Virus record (IMG/VR): IMGVR_UViG_3300025751_000013
Coordinates: 32,001 to 96,000 of that record
Strand: one strand, 5' to 3'
Source: a virus
Lineage: Duplodnaviria; Caudoviricetes
Length of the DNA: 64,000 nt
Shown: positions 34,301-46,300 of the stretch, one piece after another
How positions within the stretch are numbered: position 1 is the stretch's first letter
How the letters are laid out: every line of letters begins with the position of its first letter
Notes under the pieces: generated by a model
The model's database searches: none
What the model saw: the letters and a program-made list of their open reading frames with translations, nothing else
Told to the model about the DNA's origin: nothing
Translations under genes and position numbers: made by a program

Positions 34301-37300
34301 AGCTACCCAAACAACAAACGGTTTCCAAGGTGATTTAACCGGTGATGTAATAGGACAAATTGGTACATCAACACTTGCAGATAGAAACAATGCATTCTTC
34401 ACCAATGTAGACATATTAGGCGATGTTGATATAGATGGCGACATTACACTTGCAGCAACACATTCGATTACTGGTATAATAGACGGATTAGCAGGTTCAG
34501 ATATAACAGGTGCGTTTACACTTGAAACAGGTCAAACAGCAGACTTGTCAGGTGGTACACTAACACTTGCTAATGATCAAATTTCAGGTGATGCAATTGA
34601 AGGCGGCACAATAGGTAACATTACTATAAGTAATCTTACTTCGCCTAATATAACTATTACTGGCGGGACACTCCAAGGTGTTGATGCAACAAGTTTTGAC
34701 ATCGACGGCGGCACCATTATTAACACTTCAATTGGACAATCAGGTTCTGCACAGAACATCAAGGGTGCTACAATCGAGTCTACTACCGGATTTGTAGGAC
34801 AAATTAATTCTACTGGCGGTGGCGGTGGTACATCAAACTTCGATATAATTACTGTTGCAGGTACAAGTACATTTACAGGAAATGCAACATTTGGTAATTT
34901 AAGCGGTGCGCTTACAGGGTCATTTACTGGCGGCGCAACTATTACAAGTGGTACATTTAGTAATATACAAATTGCAAGTTCTACACAAATTAATTCTTCA
35001 GCATTTATTGGCCCATTATCTGGTGATGTTACCGGCGGCGGCACAGGCACGGTTAGTACCTTTAATAGAATAAACGTACAAGGTGGTCCAGCAGAAACTT
35101 CCCAAATATCAAACTTAACTGTAGGTACGTTTGCAACTAACGCTGCAACAATTACTGGTGGTAATATCACAAACACTACTATCGGTGGTGCAACTGGTAC
35201 AGGTAGTTTCCCAGGATACTTTAGTTTGATAGAAGCAACAGGCGCTATTACAGCAGGAACACAGTTTATAGGAGATATGAATAATCCTAATACTGTTAAC
35301 CAAGATGATTCATCGGCTGACTTTACACAAGGTTATTTTACTGATCTACGAGTTAAGAACTTTGAAACTGATACTATTATAATTAACAGTGACCAAGAAT
35401 TTAGTAATGTTTTGATTACTGGTGATTTAACAGTAAACGAAGATGTGCTAATAAAAGGCGATTTAGAGACTGAACAAAACTTTATTACAATTAACAAAAA
35501 CGAAACAGGTAATGCGGGTATTAGTGGCGCTGGTAACGCAGGTATAATATTTGAACGTGGTAACGGTGTTGGCATACAAGATGCAAGTCTTATATTCAGC
35601 GAAAGCGGCGGCAATCCTGAATATGAATTTAGTCAATTTAAAGTTGTAGCATCAGAATTTGAAGCACCTTTATTTTCTGGAAACATTACCGCAGCCTTAG
35701 GTACCTCTACATTTAATAATATTACTGTAAATAACTCTGCTAACTTAGGAAACAGCGTTACTATCGCTGGCGGCAATATAGACAATACTGTAATAGGTAA
35801 TGGAACTCAAGCAAGCATCGACGGTACAACAATTAAAGCACATGTTGAATTCCAAGGAGACTTAGACACTACTAATGGTGTTAATGGAAATATTGATACT
35901 ATCACACTGGATGCAACTGGACTTATTACTGCACGAGCAGGCGTTGATGTAACTGGTGGAACAATTGACGGCGAAGGAAGATTTACTACAGGTACAACTA
36001 TTGACGCTGGTACACATATTAGAAATACACCGATTGGTGTCGATGTAGCCGGTATAAGTGGTAGAGCAGTAGGTTACTTTAATGCTTTAGAAGCTACTAC
36101 AATTATTAGTACACTGGGTATAACTGGCAATATTACTGGAGATGTAACAGGTAGTATTGATGATAGAAATACAATCGGTGAAGTTCCTTTAAATCCGCCT
36201 TCATTGACAGAAAACTTAAATATGAATCTATCGCAATTTGACAGAGTAAGTGTACTAGGTCATCTTACAATGGGTACAGATACATATATTAAAGCTGTTA
36301 ACCTAGATGTTTCTGGTATCTTTAATGTTAACGATTTAGATATCGGTGCTACACTTGATGTTGCTGGTAACTTTACTGTAGGTAGTGGAACACCTAAAAA
36401 ATTAGATGTCAATGCTGCTACAGGTGCAATGACACATAATGGTGCATTTACAACGTCTGGAACTGCAACATTTGATGGTGACATTAATGCAAATGCTAAT
36501 GTAACAATAGGCAGCGATGCAACAGACGAACTTATTATAAATGCTGTAATCGATAGCGACATATTAACTAAAACTGATGGCGCTTATGATATTGGTACAG
36601 TTTCAACACGTTGGGGACATGTATATGCTGATAATGCAACATTTACAGATGATGTTGCTATAGGTGGAAATTTAACAGTTACAGGATCAGTTACCCAGAC
36701 TAACGTTGACCAAATCAACATTGCAGATAACATAATTGTTCTTAATGGACAAGAATCATCAAATGTAATTTCAGCAAGTACTGCTGGTATAGAGATTAGT
36801 AGAGGCACCGGAAGTAATGCATCGTTCTTGTATGATGAAGGTTTAAGTTCCTGGACACTTACAGGTGCAACAAGTAAATTAACTGTTGATGAAGTTAGAG
36901 CTGACATTGAAGCCACTGACGGAACAACTATAGTAGATATTTCATCAAAAACAATTGATATGGTTGGTGTTGATACAGATACGTTAACAGTAAATCTAGG
37001 TGCAACGATAGGTACAACATTAGCAGTTAGCGGACTATCTACACTTGCACAAGCAAAAGTACAAGACTTAGCACAAGATCATATTCCATTAGCAGGACTT
37101 GACGGTAGACTTAACACAAATGCAAACTTTAGATTTGACGGTGTTGATTTTGATATAGGTGCTGCTGGTTCAGAAACATTTAAAGTAGCAGTTGCATCAG
37201 GAAACACTGATATACAAGGTACACTTTTTGTAGATAAGCAAACTACAATAAAAGGCAATAATCTAGGTGCAAGTAGTACAACAACAGGTGCAGTAGTAGT

Positions 37301-40300
37301 TCAAGGTGGTATTGGTATATCTGAAAATATACATGCAGGAGGCACTTTGACGTTAACTGGACTTGCATCACTAGCAACTGGCATAAATGTTAATAATGAT
37401 TTTGTAGTAGATGCAGACGGCAATACTGACTTGTCAAGTGGTGCAACACTAACAGTTGACGGTGAAGTAAACTTTAATGGCGGTCTTGTAATGGACACTG
37501 ACAGGTTTACTGTAGCAAACGGTTCCGGTAATGTCGCAACGGCTGGCACACTTGATGTAAGTGGGAATACTACACTAACATCTGTTACTACATCAGGAAT
37601 GGCTTCATTAAATGCAGGCATTGAAGTAGACACAACGAAGTTTACTGTAGACGGCGGCACAGGTGCTGTTGTTACACAAAGTACTTTAACAGTTGACGGC
37701 ATCACTACGCTTAATTCAGATCTATCTGTAACAGGAAGTAATGATATAAGAATAATTGACGCTCTTACTGCAAATGTATTTGAAGTAAACGGAACAACAG
37801 GCGCAACACTGATTACAGGTAACCTTACAATGGACGGATCTGTAGGCGCAGGTAATCTTGACATAGGTGGCAACTTTACAGTAGCAAATGCAACAGGTAA
37901 TACAGACATAACAGGTACATTAGATGTAACTGGTGATACTACAGTAGATGTGTTTAGTGCAGGTACAAGCACATTAGGTACAACTTCTATTACTGGTACA
38001 TCTCTAACAGTAGGTTCTGACTTTACTGTAACAGGAACAAATGGTGTAACTGAAATAGGTGGTATGTTAAGTGCAGATGGCGGTATCGAAGTAAGAAATA
38101 CTGCTAACACTGCTGAAGCATTTAGTGTTGCACTTGGCACAGGTAATACTAATATAGTAGGTACACTTGATGTAACTGGTACAACTACTGTACATGATTT
38201 AAGTATTACTGGTACACTAGGTGTAACAGAAGGACTAACTGTAACAGACGACTTTAGTGTTAACGGGAACTTTGTAGTAACTGCCGCAACAGGTAATACA
38301 GACATAACAGGTACATTAGATGTAACTGGTGATACTACAGTAGATGTGTTTAGTGCAGGTACAAGCACATTAGGTACAACTTCTATTACTGGCACAACTT
38401 TATCAGTAGGTTCTGATTTTACCGTAACAGGAGCAAGTGGTGTAACTGAAATAGGCGGCATGTTAAGCGCAGACGGAGGCATCCAGGTAAGAAATACTGC
38501 TAATACTGCTGAAGCATTTAGTGTTGCACTTGGTACAGGTAATACTAATATAGTAGGTACATTAGATGTAACTGGTACAACCACTGTACATGACTTAAAT
38601 ATCACCGGCGCATTAGGTGTAACAGAAGGACTAACAGTAACAGACGACTTTAGTGTTAACGGAAATTTTGTAGTAACTGCCGCAACAGGTAATACACAAA
38701 TTGATGGAACTCTTACAGCAGACGGCAACTTTAACATTAACAACCAGTTTACTGTAACAGCATCTACAGGTGCAACAAATATTGCAAGCGGTCCGTTAAC
38801 AGTTGGCGGGTTAACTACACTTAATGGTGGTATTACAGCAGACGGCGGCGTGTTTACTGTAGCAGATGGTACTGGTAGTATTGCTACAAGTGGCACTTTA
38901 TCTGTAACAGGTGCTACAACTTTAAGTAGTACATTAAGTGCAGACGGCGGCATTGAAGTAAGAAATACAGGTAATACAGCAGAAGCATTTAGTGTACAAG
39001 CAGGTACTGGTAATATAGATACCGAAGGTACACTTGATGTAGGTGGTGATGTTACTATAGGAACTAACGTAGTTACTATAGACGCTGGAAACGGAAATAC
39101 AATTATTGCCGGTACATTAAATGTAAATACAAGTGCAACAGTAGCATCGTTACGTGTGTCAGACTTAACTACAGTTAATGCTGTATTGCTCGGCCAATCA
39201 TCAGGTGAAGTTGCTGATAGTTCAAACCTAACATTTAGCGGTAGTTTACTCGATGTAACAGGCAGCATTGATGTATCGGGCAATGTAGATATTGCAGGAA
39301 ATGTATTTGCTGATAATGCTTATATAGAAACTTTAAATGTTAACGAAATACCAGTTACAGGAAGTGCTGGGTTAATTACAGGTTCGAGTGCATTTACATT
39401 TAACCCAACAGGTGGTATATTAAGCGTAACTGGTAGTATAACTACAAACGGCACTGTAACTGGATCAACTTTCTTAGGAAACATTACTGCTCCAGGAACA
39501 AGTACTTTCTCAGGACAAACTAACTTAAATGGTCCGGTTACTTTATCTAATAATTTAACAATAGGTGCAAGTGTAGGTAGTATTAACGCAACCAGTGGTG
39601 CTATTGCAACAAATTCAACAATAACAGCAGGTGGCTTAGCAAGTCTAAATGGTGGCATTAATGTTGATAGTGGTGCATTTACTGTATCAGGAGATGGTTT
39701 TGGTAGTGTCTTTATAGACGGTCAAACAAATATTGATAATAATCTATTAATTACAAGCTCTGGAGATATTACACTAAGTGACGGTGTGTCTACTGTAATC
39801 ACACTAGATGGCGCAACAGGCGGAATTAGTGCAGATGGTAATTTAGACATTGCAGGTGATGCTAATCTTTACGGTAGTATTACAAGAATAGGTAATGCTG
39901 TATCTGATGAATTAGAAATTAACTCTGTACTAACAAAAGGCTTTTACTTAAAAGCAGGTACATTAAATGCAGATATAGGTAGTACAACTACAAGATTTGC
40001 TGATGCGTTTTTAGAAAATTTAAATGTATCAGAGAATGTTACTATTGCAGGTGATTTAACTGTAGAAGGAGAGTTTACAACTGTAAATGCACAAACTGTT
40101 GCTATAGCAGATAATATCATTACATTGAACTCGGGACAAGCAGCAGCGGATGCAGGAATTGAAATAGATTTATCTGGTACTACAAAAGAACTAAAATGGG
40201 CTAATACTGCCGGTGAATGGACAGTTGGCTCGGAAACATTTGTTGCAGGAGCGTTTAGAGGTGACTTACATGCAAGTGATAGTGCTGTATTAATTAACCA

Positions 40301-43300
40301 GACAACTAAAGCAGTAGATGTTGCAAGTGTAACTACAAGCGGAAACACAACAGTAGGCGGAATACTTGCTGTAAATGGTACAAACTTAAATGTTGGTTCA
40401 GGAAACTTTGTTGTAACAGGTGCAAATGGTAACACTGATATTGCAGGTATACTTAATGTAGGTAGTAGTAACTTTACTGTACAACCAGGATCAGGTAACA
40501 CATTAGTTGCTGGTACATTAGGTATAACAGGTCTAACAACTATAGATACATCAACTATTACCGGTGTAATGAATGTTACAAGTTCAATAGACTCGACTGG
40601 AACAACTAACGGCGCTATTAAGATACTAGGTGGGATTGGTCTATCTGGTAATATACATATGGGCGGCAATTTACATGTTGGTGGTACAATTAACGCAACA
40701 AGCGGTACTATTACTGGAACTACTTTAGGCACTACATCAAGCAGAGTTACAATAGAAGCTGATAATATCGGTGTTAGTGGTCTAATTACAGGTGACATTA
40801 GTGGTTCTGTAACAAGTGGTAACGTTGCAATTACTGGCGGTACAATTAATACTACTCCAATAGGCGGCGCAAGTGCTGCTACAGCAGATGTTATTAGAGG
40901 TACAGTAATCACAGCAGAAACTAACTTTGTCGGAAATATTACTGGTAACGTTACATCAACTGGTACATCTACATTTGACGGTATAGATGTAAGCGGCGGC
41001 GAGATAGACGGTACAGTAATAGGTGGTAACGATCCTGCAAACATAACTGGTTTAGTTATTGAAGCAGACACAGAATTTAGAGGAAACATTGTTGCTGCAT
41101 CAGGAACAAGTTCATTTACAAATTTAACTGTAAACGGAAATATTACTAACACAGGTTCAACAAGTACTGCAACGTTTAGAGATTTAAGTGTAGTTGGTAA
41201 CTTTGTTCCTAACGCTCTTAATGTTACTACTGATGCAGACATAGGCGGCAACTTAACTGTTGGCGGCACTGCACAATTTGACACAACTCTATTACAAGTT
41301 AATCAAGCTGCAACAGGTGTACCGGCCAATTCACTAACAGCAGGTATTGAAGTAAGCAGAGGTAGTTCTCCATCTAAAAGACTTAACTGGGACGAAGGCG
41401 GATCAACCTGGACAGTAAGTACTGAGAAATTTACAGCAGGTACATTTGAAGCTACTAGTACAATTACTGCCCCAACTGTAACTGCTGATGTAACTGGTAA
41501 TGTAACTGGTAACATAACATCATCTGGATCATCATCGTTTACTACAGTTGATATTAACGGTGGTACTATTGACGGCACTGTTATAGGTTCTAACTCACCT
41601 GCTGCTATAACTGGTACAACTATTACTTCTAACTCAGGCTTTAGTGGTAACTTAACAGGTAACGTAACAGGCAATGTAACTTCAACTGGTACTTCAACAT
41701 TTACAACTGTTGACATTAACGGTGGTGCCATTGATGGTACTACAGTAGGTGCAACAACAGCCGCAACTGTACGTGGTACTACAATCACAGCAACAACTGG
41801 TTTTGTAGGTGATATTACTGGTGACTTAACTGGTCTAGCAGATAGAGCAGATAAATTAGAAACAACACGAACAATTGCGTTAGCTGGCGATGTTGCTGGT
41901 AGTATCGGATTCGATGGTACTTCAAATGTAACTATTAATACAACAATACAACCTAACAGTGTAGATATTGTTGCAGATACAACAGGCGATTATGCAAGAA
42001 CTGTAACTGTAAGTGGCAATGGTTTGTCGATTACTGGAACACAGGGACACGATATAGCTTATCAAGTAATATCAAATGCAGTTTCAACTAACACAGCAAG
42101 TACAATAGTATTTAGAGATACATTTGGTGCATTTAGTGCAGGCGACATAACAGGTTCGCTTATTACTGCTAACACTAGATTAGACGGCATTACAAGGGGT
42201 AATGTACAATCTACTGCTGACGGTGCATTTGCAGCAGGTGTTACACTTGTAAATGCAGCAGACAGAACATTAGACAATATTAAAGATATTACATCCGAAG
42301 ATGGTACATTTGATACAATTGACATTAATGGTGGTAATATAGACGGTACTGTAATCGGTGGTGCAACACCAGCAGCAGGTACATTTCTTGCATTAGAAGG
42401 TACGACTATCGAAGCAACAACAGGATTTACTGGAGATTTAACAGGTGATGTGCTCGCAAGTGATGCAAGTGTAATACTTAATCATACAGCAAAATCAGTT
42501 AATGCAACAAACTTAGATGGTATATTAGGTGCTAATACAGCAGCGGCTGCAACAGTAACAACACTAGCAGCAAGTGGTGCAGTAACTCTTACAGCAGGCA
42601 CAGCATCTAACTCAACTACAACAGGTACACTTGTTATAACAGGCGGTGCAGGCGTAAGTGGCACAGTAAGTGCAGGACAATTTGTTGGTCCGGTACAAGG
42701 TGCTTTAGTTGGCACAGTTGGCGCAGGCGGAATTGCAAATAGAAACTCAGGTGAATTTACAACTGTAAATACTGATAGTAATGTTGTAGTTGGCGGCTCA
42801 CTTACTGTTAACTCTGCAACATCAACATTTAGTACTGTTGATATTAACGGCGGCGCAATAGACGGAACACGTATAGGTGGTGCTACACCTGATAACGCAG
42901 ACTTCTTAGATGTAGAAGGTACAACAATTACAGCATCTACAGGGTTTGTAGGTAACATTACTGCACCGTCAGGTGGTACAGTAGGAACATCTACACTACA
43001 TGATTTAGATCTACAAGGTGACTTAACTGTAGCAAGCGGAAGTATTATATTTGGTGCCAACACTGTAATTGACAATAGTAGAAATGCTACGTTTAATGAC
43101 TTAACTGTACAAGGTACATTCTTACCAAACACATTGAATGTTACATCAACAGCCGTAATAGGAACAGACTTAACAGTTAATGGCGACCTTACAGTTAATG
43201 GCACAACTACAACACTTGATACTGATAATATTACACTGGCAGATAACACAATTGTACTGAATACAGGATATTCAGGACTGTCAAGTGGCGCATTTACATC

Positions 43301-46300
43301 AGGTATTGAAATTGACCAAAACGGTACATCAACAAGCCTACTATGGAACAACGGCACAAATACTTGGACAGTTGGTAATAAAAACTTTACAGCAACTAGC
43401 TTTATTGCAACAACAGATTTCCAAGGTGCATTAGTTGGTAACGTTACTGGTAAAATTGGTGAAACTTCAAGAGACACAGGTAAGTTTACAACATTAGATA
43501 CAACCGGAACTGTTACAGTTGGTACAAGTTTAACTGTTAATGGAGGCGTTGCAACACTTGGCAATGTTGACATAAATGGTGGTAATATAGACGGTACTGT
43601 GATAGGCAATAATGTTCCGTCAACAGTTACTGGTACAACAATTACAGCCAGCCAATTTGTAGGTCCAGTTGATGGACATGTAACAGGTGACGTAACAGTA
43701 GAAGCAGGCGATACACTAAACGTAGACGGTATTGTAGACATTGATGCAAGTTCAGGTAATATGGACAATGTAGTTATAGGTGCAACAACACCAGTATCTG
43801 GTACATTTACAACTATAACTGGTAACACAAGTATAACTAGCGGAACTACAGGAACAGGACCAATTACTGGTGGTGTTATTACAGCAGCAACAAACTTTGC
43901 AGGTGCATTAACAGGTGATGTAACAAGTTCAGGTACAAGCACATTTGAAATTGTTGAAATAGATACTAGTGCTGATATTCAAACACTTGATGTACAAGCA
44001 GGTACAAGTTTATTAGGAACATTGGATGTTACCGGTGCAGCAACATTTGTAAGTCAAGTTAATGTTGAAGATGATGTTATTACACTTAATTCAGATTATA
44101 CATCTGGTGCTCCGTTAACAAGCGGACAGCAAGGTATACAAGTTCTTAGAGGTGATGAAAATACTGTAAGATTTGTATGGGTAGAAAGTCAAGATAGATG
44201 GGAAACACAAAATACTGATTTACGTGTAGGTGAGGATCTATCTGTTAATGGAACAATTATATCAACCGGCGGAATTCAAAGCACACCAATTGGTAATGTA
44301 ACTCCTAATACAGGTAAATTTACAACTCTTGAAACAACAGGCAATGTAACTATTACAGGCGATATTGACCATACAGGCGACTTTGCAACTACAAGTGCAG
44401 CAATTAAAATTGATAATGCTGAGTCTTCAATGAGCAATTTGCTTGGTTCGGGTATTTATGTAGGAGCAGACAGTCTTTCAGGTAGACCACATATTATAGT
44501 TGGATCAAACAGCAAATGGGAATTTAACAGAGACTTTGTTGCAACTGCCGGCAGTCAATTTATAGGTGATATAACAGGCGATGTAACAGGTAACATTACA
44601 TCGTCAGGTACAAGTACATTTAGTGGTACAGTTGATCTTAATGGTGCTACAGTAAACAACGCAGCATTTAACCTAGTTGGTGATCTTACAGGTACAGCAG
44701 ATGATGCAGATGCATTGTCAAGTGCTGTAACTGTTACATTAGCAGGAGATGTAGCAGGTACTGCAACCTTTACAAATGCAGGCGATACAGCAGCAATTAC
44801 AACAGTTATCCAAAACGGATCAGTTGAAAATGTAATGTTAGCAGGTTCTATTACTAATGATAAACTTGTAAATGATTCAGTAATTATAGGCGCAACTGAA
44901 GTAGATTTAGGCACAACTGTAACAGCATTTACAGGACTAACTAGTTTAACTTCAACAGTATTACTTGGTGAGTTAGGTGCTCCGGCAACTAGAAATGATA
45001 TTTATGCATCAGCTATAAGTGCTACTGGAATCGTTACAGCGCCAACATTTGCTGGTAATCTAAGCGCAACTGGCACAAGTACACTGGGTGCAGCAGTATT
45101 CAGTGGTAATGCAGTATTTAATGCAGGACTTTCTGTTGCATCAGGTCAAACAGCAACGATCAACGGAGACCTAGACGTTAACGGAACTACTACATTTGCA
45201 GATATTACTGTTCCAGGAACATTTACTGCTGAGTCTACTGCTAACTTTAACACTGACTTTATTAAACTAAATGCACTAGGTACAGTACAAAATGCAGGTA
45301 TAACAATTGAGCGTGGAGCTACTGATGTTTCGTTCTTCTGGGATGAATCAAATGACAAATGGTCTATAGCAAGCGAAACACTTGTAGCCGGTATGGTAGA
45401 AAGTGATGTAACAGGACATCACTACGGTGATGTAACAATTGCAGGCGGCGAAACTATCGATGTTAGTGCAGGTACAATAACTTTTGCTAACGATCAAATC
45501 AGTGGTAATGCAATCAACGGTGGTACTATTGATTCTATTACTATTACAACATTAGCGTCATCAACTGTAAACATAGACGGTGGCTCGATTGATGGAGTTT
45601 CGATAGGTAACGCATCTAGAGGCACTGGTAAGTTTAGTACACTTGACGCAACTGGAGCAATTACTACAGACACTAACGTCACAGCAACAGGATCGATAAA
45701 TGGTGCAACAGTTGTTGCAACTACATCAATGACAGCACCTCTATTCACAGGTGACTTAACTGGTGACGCAGATGGCGATCATACTGGTACATTTACAGGT
45801 ACAATGAGCGGCGCGATCGGCGGCGCATCAGACAGAAGCACAGCGCACTTTAGTACAGTTGATGCATCTAATGCTACACTATCAAGTGCAGACATTAACG
45901 GCGGTACAATTGACGGTGTTGTTATTGGCGGCGCATCTCCGAACTTAATTACAGGTACTACTATTAGTGGTACTACTATTAATGCAAGTACATTTAATGG
46001 TAATATCACAGGCGATGTAACAGGCGATGTAACAGGTAATGTAACAATTCCAGTCGGTGATACACTAACAGTTAACGGTACGTTTGCAATTGATAATATG
46101 ACAGTCAATCAAAACTTAACTGTAACAGGAGATATGACTGTAAACGGCACTACTACATCTCTTAATACTGAAGAAATTAAACTTGCTGACAATTATATTC
46201 TACTAAACAGTGGTACTAGCACAGCACAAAATGCTGGTTTAGAAGTTGATTTATCAGGTGGAACAACTAAGTCATTAGAATGGACTACGTCATCCGGCGG

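Noticed and set aside
28341-38896. Diversity-generating retroelement TR/VR pair
   Set aside because: Differences are not adenine-specific, both copies are coding, and no reverse transcriptase is present in the window.
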